From Escherichia phage vB-Eco-KMB35: a stretch of 43,891 bases of DNA. Shown one piece after another: positions 1 through 8,177 of the stretch; the first letter of the stretch is position 1, and each line of letters opens with the position of its first letter. The position numbers were made by a program, and so were the translations under genes. Location of the stretch: the sequence record OR525704.1; one strand, given 5' to 3'. The notes beneath the pieces are model-generated. The model had not been told where the DNA came from and did not search any database. It was given only the letters and a program-made list of their open reading frames with translations.

Positions 1-1
1 C

Positions 2-1228
2 GGTATGCATTGCAAGTTTCCGGCATTCGTAGCTGGCTTCGGTACGGGTAAATCCGAAGTTATGTGCAACTCTGCACTACTCGACAGCATGGAAGGTGGT
101 AGCGATTCTATCATCGCCATGTATGAGCCGACTTATGACCTGGTGCGCCTCATCCTTGCACCGCGTATGGAAGAAAAGCTCACCGACTGGGGTATCCGGT
201 ACAAATACAACAAGTCTGACAACATAATCTATACGTCTTCCGGACAATTTGGGGATTTTGTTCTGCGTACACTTGATAATCCAGCACGAATCGTTGGCTA
301 CGAATCGTTTCGTGCGAAAATCGACGAGTTGGACACCCTTAACATGGAGCACGCCGAGCACGCGTGGAACAAAGTCATCGCCCGTAACCGCCAGTTGCCG
401 CGGACATATAAACCTATTACACCGAAACCTGCTAATACCGTTTCCGTGTTCACTACCCCGGAAGGATTCCGTTTCGTACATGACCGCTGGGTAGTCAAAA
501 AGAATCCAGGCTACGAGATGATTCAGGCGTCCACCCTGTCTAACCCGTTCCTGCCAGAAGATTATGTGCAGTCGTTACGCGACACATACCCAGGTCAGTT
601 GATTGACGCCTACATCAACGGCGAGTTCGTCAACCTGACGGCGGGGACTGTCTATTACGCCTATGACCGCAGGAAAAACAGCAGCCGCGAAACAATAAAA
701 CCAGGCGAGACTCTGTATATCGGGCAGGACTTTAACGTAGGCCACATGGCTAGTACAGTTTACGTGCAACGTGGCAAAGTCTGGCATGCAGTCGCCGAGT
801 TGGTGGATATGTTCGATACGCCCGATGTGGTGAGAGCCGTAACAGAGCGCTGGAAAAGTAAGGGCCACTATATCGTTATGTACCCCGACGCAAGCGGTAA
901 AAACCGTAAAAGTAACAACGCCAGCACATCTGATATTGCCCAGTTACAGCAGGCCGGCTTCGAAGTGCGCGCTAAATCGACAAACCCACCGGTTAAAGAC
1001 CGCGTAGCGGCGATGAATAAGGCGCTTGAATCTGGTATGGTCATGATTAATGAACAGGCTTGCCCTGTTACCGCACGATGCCTGGAGCAACAGGCTTACG
1101 ACAAGAACGGCGAACCGGATAAATCAGGCGGTGTGGACCACCAGAATGATGGAACCACATACCCTATCGCGTATGAAATGCCGATTCGCAAACCAGTTAT
1201 TAACGTCCCGGTGACTTTCGCACTTTAA
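2..1228 (+). CDS. terL: Terminase large subunit, C-terminal 408 codons; 5' end is at 43848..43891 if the genome is circularly joined
   Basis: ORF open from window position 2; N-terminal GFGTGKS Walker A-like motif; precedes portal gene; follows terS across the window junction. Confidence 0.8.
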   Translation, partial: GMHCKFPAFVAGFGTGKSEVMCNSALLDSMEGGSDSIIAMYEPTYDLVRLILAPRMEEKLTDWGIRYKYNKSDNIIYTSSGQFGDFVLRTLDNPARIVGYESFRAKIDELDTLNMEHAEHAWNKVIARNRQLPRTYKPITPKPANTVSVFTTPEGFRFVHDRWVVKKNPGYEMIQASTLSNPFLPEDYVQSLRDTYPGQLIDAYINGEFVNLTAGTVYYAYDRRKNSSRETIKPGETLYIGQDFNVGHMASTVYVQRGKVWHAVAELVDMFDTPDVVRAVTERWKSKGHYIVMYPDASGKNRKSNNASTSDIAQLQQAGFEVRAKSTNPPVKDRVAAMNKALESGMVMINEQACPVTARCLEQQAYDKNGEPDKSGGVDHQNDGTTYPIAYEMPIRKPVINVPVTFAL

Positions 1229-1240
1229 GAGGATTATTCA

Positions 1241-2722
1241 ATGTTAACTATGAACGGTCAGAATCAGGGTGTTAAGACAAAACACCGGGAATGGCTGCAT
1301 CACTTCGATAAATGGCAGAAGGTACGCCACGCTCTTGAAGGCGACCTTATCCGCTATCTGCGCAACGTCGGGAAGAACGAGCCTGACCAGACCTACGCAG
1401 CACAGCGACAGGAAGAATACGAGAACGGCGCTATCTGCTACAATTTCACCAAACGCACGCTGGCGGGGATGACGGGGTCAGTGATGCGCAAAGACCCTGA
1501 GCAGATTATCCCGCCTGAACTTGAGTACCTGTTGCACAACGCTGACGGTTCAGGTGTCGGGCTGTGGCAGCACGCGCAGGATACGCTGATGGAGATTAAC
1601 TCGATAGGCCGTGGCGGGTTGCTGGTGGACGCCCCGGAAACAGCCGCAGCAACGGCGGCAGAGCAGAACGCGGGATTATTAAACCCGGTAATCGCATTCT
1701 ATACCGCGGAGAACATTATCAACTGGAGACTCACCCGCATCGGTTCAGTGAACCGCGTGACGATGGTTGTATTGCGTGAGGCATGGGAATACTCGGAACC
1801 AGGCGCTGAGTTTGAAACAAAATTCGGCGAGCAATACCGCGTCCTTGACCTGATTGACGGTCGCTACCGCCAGCGCATCTACCGCTTCGATGCCGAAGGT
1901 GGCGCACAGGATGAAGTAATCGAAATCTTCCCGGAACTCGGCGAACAGTTGCGCGGTAAAATCCCGTTCACGTTCATTGGCGCAAGCAACAACGACGCCA
2001 CTATAGACGATGCGCCTTTACTGCCGTTAGCTGAGCTAAATATAGGACACTTCAGAAATTCGGCCGATGTGGAAGAGGCCAGCTTTATAGTAGGTCAACC
2101 GACACTGTTCATTGCCCCCGGCGAGAACATGAGCATGGAGCAGTGGAAAGAAGCCAACCCACACGGCATACGCATGGGGTCGCGTTCAGGCCACAACATC
2201 GGCTCCGGCGGCAATGCGTTTCTGGTTCAGGCGGCGGAAACTAACCTCGCCAAACAGAATATGCTGGATAAAGAGAATCAGGCCATCCAGATTGGCGCGC
2301 AGCTTATCACCCCGACGCAGCAAATCACCGCTGAATCGGCACGGCTGCAACGCGGCGCCGACACGTCAGTCATGGCAACAATAGCACGTAATGTAAGCAT
2401 GGCGTATACCGATGCGTTGCGCTGGGTTGCGGGTATGCTTGGGCTTAGTGAAGATACTGAGATTGAGTTCAAGCTGAATATGGAATTCTTCCTGCAACCT
2501 ATGACAGCTCAGGACCGCGCTCAGTGGATGGCGGATATTAACGCTGGCCTGCTACCCGCCACCGCTTACTATGCTGCGTTGCGCAAGGCAGGTGTGACTG
2601 ACTGGACAGATGAGGACATTCAGAACGCTATTGAAGACGCACCTCTGCCGTTGGGTTCTGTTGCTCAGGTAGCGGGAGAGATTCCGCAGTCGGCGCAGCA
2701 ACAGGACACCACTCAGCAGTAA
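1241..2722 (+). CDS. Portal protein
   Basis: 493-aa ORF directly after terL, ATG with RBS, size and position typical of portal. Confidence 0.8.
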   Translation: MLTMNGQNQGVKTKHREWLHHFDKWQKVRHALEGDLIRYLRNVGKNEPDQTYAAQRQEEYENGAICYNFTKRTLAGMTGSVMRKDPEQIIPPELEYLLHNADGSGVGLWQHAQDTLMEINSIGRGGLLVDAPETAAATAAEQNAGLLNPVIAFYTAENIINWRLTRIGSVNRVTMVVLREAWEYSEPGAEFETKFGEQYRVLDLIDGRYRQRIYRFDAEGGAQDEVIEIFPELGEQLRGKIPFTFIGASNNDATIDDAPLLPLAELNIGHFRNSADVEEASFIVGQPTLFIAPGENMSMEQWKEANPHGIRMGSRSGHNIGSGGNAFLVQAAETNLAKQNMLDKENQAIQIGAQLITPTQQITAESARLQRGADTSVMATIARNVSMAYTDALRWVAGMLGLSEDTEIEFKLNMEFFLQPMTAQDRAQWMADINAGLLPATAYYAALRKAGVTDWTDEDIQNAIEDAPLPLGSVAQVAGEIPQSAQQQDTTQQ

Positions 2723-2732
2723 GTTCACCTAT

Positions 2733-2755
2733 AGCCCCGAAAGGGGCTTTCTTAT
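2733..2755 (+). terminator. Hairpin agcccc-gaaa-ggggct followed by ttctt after portal gene
   Basis: Perfect 6-bp GC stem with tetraloop and T-rich tail. Confidence 0.5.
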
Positions 2756-2758
2756 AGT

Positions 2759-3835
2759 ATGCTATTAACTTTAGCGCCACAGGGTTTATCTATGAGCTTA
2801 CTTACATCCCTAATCAGCCATCAGATATGGCTGCAACGCACCGCATCCGGTGAAGTGAAAGACCTCACGCCGTTCATTCAGGAGATAAGGGATGAAATCA
2901 AACGGCAGGTGCTGTTATTCGGTGACGACGGTCGCAGCACTGCGCGACTGAATAAACTGTTACGCGACCTGGAAGAAGCACTAACCGGTATTACGGGTGA
3001 CTGGCAAACAAAGCTAACAGACGACCTTAAGGAACTGGCGGCGTACGAGGCTGAGTGGAACGTAAAGACACTGACCGCCAACGTAGACGCGGAATTTGTT
3101 ACGCCTACCGCTGAGCAGGTATGGGCCGCTGCCGAGTTTCAACCATTATCATTGAGCGACAAGCCCGTTGATTTCACTAAGCTGATGGACGGCTGGGGTG
3201 AAACGGAAGTAGCACGTCTTGTAACTGGAGTTAAGATGGGCTTTGTGCAAGGTCAAACCACACGGCAGATTGTTAAGAATGTTGTTGGCGCTGGTGGACT
3301 AGCCGACATCTCAGAACGTAACGCGACTACGGTAATCCGCACCGCGCTGTCCCACGTATCCAACGAGGCCCGTAACGAGACGTACCGCCAGAACGACGAC
3401 ATCATCGAGAAATATGAGTGGGTGTCAACTTTGGACAGCCGTACCAGCACGATTTGCAGGGCCAGAGACGGAATGACGTGGGAAATCGGTAAAGGTCCGA
3501 TGCCACCAGCCCATCCTAATTGCCGAAGTACCACTGCACCGGTAATCAGTTCAGAGTTCGACTTCCTTGATAAAGGCGCAAAACGTGCGGCTAAGGGTGC
3601 GGACGGCGGTACTCAGGTAAGCGCAGACACCACCTATTACGAGTTCCTGAAACAACAACCAGCATGGTTTCAGGACCAGGCGCTCGGTCCTGTTCGCGGT
3701 AAGATTTTCCGTAACAGCGGTATATCGCCGGAAGAGTTTCGCGTAATATCTGTAGATGGTTTCGGGAATCCGCTCACGCTTAAGCAGATGGCGGAACTCG
3801 ATAAACGTGTTGCTGATTATCTGAAAGGGGAATAA
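2759..3835 (+). CDS. Head morphogenesis protein (MuF / SPP1 gp7-like minor head protein)
   Basis: 358-aa ORF after portal; position and size typical of MuF-like proteins. Confidence 0.6.
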   Translation: MLLTLAPQGLSMSLLTSLISHQIWLQRTASGEVKDLTPFIQEIRDEIKRQVLLFGDDGRSTARLNKLLRDLEEALTGITGDWQTKLTDDLKELAAYEAEWNVKTLTANVDAEFVTPTAEQVWAAAEFQPLSLSDKPVDFTKLMDGWGETEVARLVTGVKMGFVQGQTTRQIVKNVVGAGGLADISERNATTVIRTALSHVSNEARNETYRQNDDIIEKYEWVSTLDSRTSTICRARDGMTWEIGKGPMPPAHPNCRSTTAPVISSEFDFLDKGAKRAAKGADGGTQVSADTTYYEFLKQQPAWFQDQALGPVRGKIFRNSGISPEEFRVISVDGFGNPLTLKQMAELDKRVADYLKGE

Positions 3836-4296
3836 TGATGGGCTTTTTCAAAGTAACTGACGTACCGTCTCGTCGCGTAGTCCAGTACGCCCGCGTGTCT
3901 GGCTCTGGCGAGAACGTGGTATTTATTGAGGACGAAAGTGTACTCGGTACACCGGTAGATGATATGCCGTTTGCAGATAAAACCGGTATTGCGTTGCCCG
4001 CCGCCGGTATGCTTTATGAAATTCCGTATCTGGCGGACGCTGGCGACGTGTATTTCTCTGCGCAACCGCAGGACGCTGAACTGGCGGGCGGCAGCGCAAC
4101 CATCACTGTCGAGGTTAAGGCAGGCAAAGCGCCGTATTCTCTGACCTGGTACAAAGACGGTAAGGAAGTGGTGAATGCGCCTGAGGAGGCTCTGTCTCTG
4201 ACGGTTAATGCGGTCGGCGAATACTTCGTTAAAGTTACTGATGCCGATGGAGTAGAGGCGGTAAGCAAAGCGGCGAAGGTTACTAAGCCAGAATGA
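3835..4296 (+). CDS. Ig-like domain protein (possible head decoration or minor structural protein)
   Basis: 153 aa; motif TWYKDGKEV typical of bacterial Ig-like domains; start overlaps previous stop (TAATGATG). Confidence 0.5.
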   Translation: MMGFFKVTDVPSRRVVQYARVSGSGENVVFIEDESVLGTPVDDMPFADKTGIALPAAGMLYEIPYLADAGDVYFSAQPQDAELAGGSATITVEVKAGKAPYSLTWYKDGKEVVNAPEEALSLTVNAVGEYFVKVTDADGVEAVSKAAKVTKPE

Positions 4297-4297
4297 T

Positions 4298-4326
4298 AAA
4301 AGGCCCCATTATGGGGCCTTAGTTTT
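4298..4326. terminator. Bidirectional hairpin ggcccc-attat-ggggcc between convergent genes
   Basis: GC stem flanked by A-run upstream and ttagtttt downstream. Confidence 0.6.
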
Positions 4327-4529
4327 CAACGGAATCTTGTGTTTAAATCCTGCTCATGGACAACCCTCAGAACAGTGTCATAATCCCCGTATCTTCCAGG
4401 TTCAAATATATCTAATGCCTTGTAAGCAGACATTGCGTCAGGGAAAACCTGCAGAACCTTTTTAACCCGGCACAAGTCACCGTCGAACTCTTCATCGAAC
4501 TCTTGAACTACTTCGCAAATTGCATACAT
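4326..4529 (-). CDS. Hypothetical small acidic protein (67 aa), reverse-oriented moron-like gene
   Basis: ATG at 4529 preceded by GGAGGTG RBS and the 32-bp promoter element; ends at bidirectional terminator. Confidence 0.6.
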   Translation of the reverse strand: MYAICEVVQEFDEEFDGDLCRVKKVLQVFPDAMSAYKALDIFEPGRYGDYDTVLRVVHEQDLNTRFR

Positions 4530-4553
4530 TTTTCACCTCCTGTTTAAGTTAAC

Positions 4554-4585
4554 TGAATAGTACCCTATTATATTGGGGTGTGCAA
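4554..4585 (-). promoter_or_regulatory. Promoter element family A (TTGCAC-N17-TACTAT), copy 1
   Basis: Minus-strand sense ttgcacaccccaatataatagggtactattca; 32 nt identical to 13678..13709; directly upstream of gene 4326..4529. Confidence 0.6.
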
Positions 4586-4651
4586 ACTATTTATTTACGT
4601 ATTCCAGTTATTCCTCCGAATTGTAAATGTTGGAATAAACTATTCGAATAG

Positions 4652-4680
4652 TTGACTTTTCACTAAAAATATGATAAGCT
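4652..4680 (+). promoter_or_regulatory. Putative sigma70-like promoter TTGACT-N17-TAAGCT
   Basis: Hexamers at 4652-4657 and 4675-4680 with a 17-nt AT-rich spacer. Confidence 0.3.
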
Positions 4681-4858
4681 CCACCTGAGCTTGTGAAGTA
4701 TGAACAAGCGACCGCGGCGCGGGCAGGTAACGGAGCGGGACGTAAGTCCTGAGTGTAGTTACGCTGACGCGTTCGGAAGGGCCATACTCTATTGCTTGTG
4801 TAAAAAGTAACTGGTTTACTGAGATTACGCCGTTTCTATGTTTAAATGATAAGGACTA

Positions 4859-4888
4859 GCGCCCCGCTTTATGGCGGGGCTTTACTTA
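4859..4888 (+). terminator. Intrinsic terminator gccccgc-tttatg-gcggggc then tttacttat
   Basis: 7-bp GC stem and T-rich tail just upstream of the Rz start. Confidence 0.55.
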
Positions 4889-4904
4889 TCGAGAAAGGGG
4901 AAAC

Positions 4905-5291
4905 ATGAATCTTAAAGCAACTGTCGTAGCAGGAGCATGTTTCATCATCCTGGTTTACGCACACGGCATCTACCAGTATCGCAGCGGATGGAACGAAGGC
5001 CGGGCTAATCTCGTTTCGCAGCAACAGCAGAAAGCACAGGCTGAGTTAGCGAAGAAAACACAACGGCAGCAGCAGGATGAATCGAAGGCCGCCGCCGCTG
5101 ACAACGAAGGCAAGACGAAATCAGAGGTGATTACCCGTGAAGTCGTTAAGTACATTAAAACGCCTGGTCGCAGCGTGTGCACTTTTGACCCTGAGCGCGT
5201 GCAGCTCAAGTCCCGCGCCGTCGCCAACGCCAATTCCATCCCCGGATACGACGATGATGCAGCCGCCGTGCAAACTGGCGCAGCCAAGTAG
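4905..5291 (+). CDS. Rz-like inner-membrane spanin (i-spanin)
   Basis: 128 aa; N-terminal TM helix (VVAGACFIILVYAHGIY), Q/A/K-rich coiled coil, periplasmic Cys; overlapping +1-frame lipoprotein gene. Confidence 0.7.
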   Translation: MNLKATVVAGACFIILVYAHGIYQYRSGWNEGRANLVSQQQQKAQAELAKKTQRQQQDESKAAAADNEGKTKSEVITREVVKYIKTPGRSVCTFDPERVQLKSRAVANANSIPGYDDDAAAVQTGAAK

Positions 5292-5400
5292 CGACGCTGA
5301 TGAGGATTTGGCCGTCGACGTTCAGAATGCTGAATGCGTACGGCAACTGAGACTGAAAGTGTTCATGTTGCAGGATTACGTGAGGAATATTCTGGAATAG
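5137..5400 (+). CDS. Rz1-like outer-membrane lipoprotein spanin (o-spanin)
   Basis: 87 aa; signal peptide with lipobox LSAC, proline-rich mature part (SPAPSPTPIPSP); starts inside Rz in another frame and extends past it. Confidence 0.65.
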   Translation: MKSLSTLKRLVAACALLTLSACSSSPAPSPTPIPSPDTTMMQPPCKLAQPSSDADEDLAVDVQNAECVRQLRLKVFMLQDYVRNILE

Positions 5401-5482
5401 TTGCCTTGCATGTTGGAATAATTTATTCTTGACATGTAAATCCGGGTGGCCCGGATTCCAACGTCCAGGGGACATACTGACT

Positions 5483-6184
5483 ATGAATCGTTTTTTACGT
5501 TATCCGTTCCAGGAAGAAGCTGGAGCAGAAGATAAAGCTGGTGGCGGTGACGCTCCTAAAATGTTCACCGCTGAAGAAGTTCAGGCGCTGATTGAGAAAG
5601 AAGTTGCCGGGCTTAAGGCTAATCAGGAAGCATTGTTGGCGGAGAAGAAAGAAGCCGCTCGCAAAGCAAAAGAGGCCGAAGAAGAACGGCAGCGCGCGCA
5701 CCAGGAGGCGTTAAAAGCCGCTGGTAAGATGGATGAGTTCGAAAAGACGATTCGTAGCCAGTACGACCCTGTGTTAGCCGAGAAAGACGGTCGCATCTCC
5801 AGAATGGCAGAGCGTATCCTCGGCAGCGAACGTAAAGCGGTGCTAGGCTCTTTCGCGGGTGACTTTATTACCCCAGAAGCAGTGGACATTCTTGCGCCGT
5901 TCGTTAAGACTGAGTTCGAAGGCGATGATGTGGTTACTAAGTTTGTTGGTGCAGACGGTAACGTAATCACGACTGACCCGGAACAGTTCCGCAAATACCT
6001 GCGCGAACACAAGGCGTTTTCGCATTTGATCAAAGCAAATGCAGCTTCCGGCGGCGGGGCTTCCGGTAGCAAAGGCGGCGGGGCCGCACCAGCGTTTAAA
6101 GACATGAGTGAAGCAGAGCGTTTAGCCCTGTATAAATCGAACCCTGCCGAATTTGAACGGCAACTTAAAGCCCTGAGGAAATAA
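5483..6184 (+). CDS. Scaffolding protein
   Basis: 233 aa from ATG 5483 (track ORF uses upstream TTG); Ala/Glu/Lys-rich helical protein immediately upstream of major capsid gene. Confidence 0.6.
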   Translation: MNRFLRYPFQEEAGAEDKAGGGDAPKMFTAEEVQALIEKEVAGLKANQEALLAEKKEAARKAKEAEEERQRAHQEALKAAGKMDEFEKTIRSQYDPVLAEKDGRISRMAERILGSERKAVLGSFAGDFITPEAVDILAPFVKTEFEGDDVVTKFVGADGNVITTDPEQFRKYLREHKAFSHLIKANAASGGGASGSKGGGAAPAFKDMSEAERLALYKSNPAEFERQLKALRK

Positions 6185-6186
6185 TA

Positions 6187-7236
6187 ATGGCAATTACCAC
6201 TATCGGCGATATCGTAACTGGCAACATCCCGGTCCTGGCGTCTTATATGACCGAGGACCCGGTAGAAAAAACCGCGTTCTTCCAGTCTGGTATTCTGACC
6301 CCGACCCCGTACGCTGCCGAGATTGCCCGCGGCCCGTCCAACGTCGCTAATATTCCTTTCTGGAAAGCGATTGATACCTCTATCGAGCCGAACTACTCGA
6401 ACGACGTATACCAGGACATCGCCACCCCGCGTAACGTGCAGACCGGCGAGATGATGGCGCGCGTTGCGTACCTGAACGAAGGTTTCGGTCAGGCGGATTT
6501 GACCGTTGAACTGACCAGCCAGAACCCGCTGCAATCCGTAGCGTCACGTCTGGATAACTTCTGGCAGCGTCAGGCACAACGCCGTCTGATTGCTACCGCG
6601 CTCGGGCTGTACAATGGCAACGTAGCCGCTACCGACGCATACCACGAGCAGAATGACATGGTAATCGACGTGTCTGCTACTCTGGGCTTCGATGCGGGCG
6701 CGTTCATCGACGCCACCCAGACTATGGGCGATGCTCTGATGGGCAACGGCGGTGAAGTGCTGGGGGCTATCGCGATGCATAGCTTCGTTTATGCGCAGGC
6801 ACGTAAGCAGCAGCTTATCGACTTCATCCGTGACGCGGACAACAACACCATGTTCGCCACCTACCAGGGCTACCGCGTGATTGTTGACGACAGCATGACC
6901 GTAGTCGGCACTGGCCCGACCCGTAAGTTCATCTCCATCATCTTCGGCAACGGCGCTATCGGTTACGGTGAAGGTTCACCGTCCAACCCGCTGGAATACG
7001 AGCGCGAAGCGTCCCGCGGCAACGGCGGCGGCGTTGAAACCCTGTGGACCCGTAAGACCTGGTTGCTACATCCGTTTGGTTACAGCTTCACCAGTGCAGT
7101 AATCACTGGCAACGGCACCGAGACTACCCCGCGCTCTGCTTCCTGGCAGGACCTGGCGAACGCCTCCAACTGGAACCGTGTGGTTGACCGCAAGCACGTA
7201 CCGATTGCCTTCCTGGTAACTGGTGTCGGTGCTTAA
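6187..7236 (+). CDS. Major capsid protein
   Basis: 349 aa, follows scaffold, strong terminator downstream, high-expression codon pattern. Confidence 0.75.
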   Translation: MAITTIGDIVTGNIPVLASYMTEDPVEKTAFFQSGILTPTPYAAEIARGPSNVANIPFWKAIDTSIEPNYSNDVYQDIATPRNVQTGEMMARVAYLNEGFGQADLTVELTSQNPLQSVASRLDNFWQRQAQRRLIATALGLYNGNVAATDAYHEQNDMVIDVSATLGFDAGAFIDATQTMGDALMGNGGEVLGAIAMHSFVYAQARKQQLIDFIRDADNNTMFATYQGYRVIVDDSMTVVGTGPTRKFISIIFGNGAIGYGEGSPSNPLEYEREASRGNGGGVETLWTRKTWLLHPFGYSFTSAVITGNGTETTPRSASWQDLANASNWNRVVDRKHVPIAFLVTGVGA

Positions 7237-7252
7237 GGTTAAGCTATAATCG

Positions 7253-7280
7253 AGAGGGACTTCGGTCCCTCTTTTCATTT
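7253..7280 (+). terminator. Hairpin agagggac-ttcg-gtccctc followed by ttttcattt after capsid gene
   Basis: Perfect GC-rich stem, tetraloop, T-run. Confidence 0.65.
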
Positions 7281-7295
7281 ACTAAGAGGTAAATT

Positions 7296-7595
7296 ATGGC
7301 TAAGACCGGAAAAGGCTTGCCGCGCAGCCTTCAGAATGTCGACTTCGGTGACTTTGATATCCCAGTCACGCCTGCTACTACCAGCGTAGTTGGTGGGGTT
7401 AAAAAGTCAGCTACTGTAGCCGCCCCCGCGGCCATTACCGCTGCCGCCGGGTCGCAGTCCGCTGCGGACCCGACTAAGACCGAGTTCGATGCCCTTGTAG
7501 CCGAGTACAACAAACTTCGAACTGATGTAACCGCGCTGCGCACTACCGTAGCAAATCTGTTGACTGCGCTTAAAAATGCAGGAACTGTAAGCTAA
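7296..7595 (+). CDS. Hypothetical Ala-rich structural protein
   Basis: 99 aa, RBS AAGAGG upstream; between capsid gene and Ig-like protein. Confidence 0.5.
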   Translation: MAKTGKGLPRSLQNVDFGDFDIPVTPATTSVVGGVKKSATVAAPAAITAAAGSQSAADPTKTEFDALVAEYNKLRTDVTALRTTVANLLTALKNAGTVS

Positions 7596-7607
7596 AGGAG
7601 CTTAAAA

Positions 7608-7958
7608 ATGGTTGATGTAATCAAACGTCGTATTACTGGTGTTTCTGATGATTCTCCTGCCGATGGTCAGGTTGAAATCGATATGGCGAATATCTCGCCC
7701 GCATCTTTTTCTACCGCACTTGCCGCTACCACTACCAAGTCTACGGGGCAGACGATGACTCTTACCGTAGCCGTAACTGGCGGTCTGGCCCCGTACACAT
7801 ACCAGTGGTACAAAGATAACAACGCTATCCCAGGCGCTACCGCCGCCACCTACGAGAAAACTTCGCTCGCTACTACCGATTCCGGTACGTATAAAGTGGT
7901 TGTCCACGATGTATATGGTAATATTATCTCCAGCAGCACCGTAGCAACTGTATCTTAA
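7608..7958 (+). CDS. Ig-like domain protein (possible capsid decoration)
   Basis: 116 aa; motif YTYQWYKDNNAIPGATAATYEKTS resembles bacterial Ig-like domains. Confidence 0.5.
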   Translation: MVDVIKRRITGVSDDSPADGQVEIDMANISPASFSTALAATTTKSTGQTMTLTVAVTGGLAPYTYQWYKDNNAIPGATAATYEKTSLATTDSGTYKVVVHDVYGNIISSSTVATVS

Positions 7959-7994
7959 TACCGCGGCCCTTCGGGGCCGTAATAAGGAAAGGTC

Positions 7995-8174
7995 ATGGCA
8001 GATAATTATGTAATCCGCGAAAAGTACACCCACGTTGATGTTGTTGACGGTCAGGTTATGCCCGTTCGCGGTGTTGTAGAAGCGGATGAACTGGTAGCGG
8101 TTCAACCGGACAACGAAGAAGCGCACAACAACGGCGGTGGCACTAAGCGTCGCCGCCGTAAGTCAGAGGAATAA
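7995..8174 (+). CDS. Hypothetical small protein with basic C-terminus
   Basis: 59-aa ORF (below track cutoff), RBS AAGGAAAGG, ends GGTKRRRRKSEE. Confidence 0.4.
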   Translation: MADNYVIREKYTHVDVVDGQVMPVRGVVEADELVAVQPDNEEAHNNGGGTKRRRRKSEE

Positions 8175-8177
8175 TTT

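Noticed and set aside
5429-5482. Upstream TTG/GTG starts proposed by the ORF track (e.g. scaffold at 5429, endolysin at 40624, nuclease at 32369, HNH at 27928)
   Set aside because: Internal ATG or GTG codons with properly spaced Shine-Dalgarno sequences give better starts; the HNH track start would translate through the T11 terminator tract.
5623-6534. Long antisense ORFs in the six-frame track (e.g. 5623..6534 minus, 15292..15882 minus, 10748..11398 minus, 4970..5287 minus)
   Set aside because: They lie entirely inside well-supported coding genes on the opposite strand, lack RBSs, and have low-complexity R/S/A-rich translations typical of shadow frames in GC-rich coding DNA.
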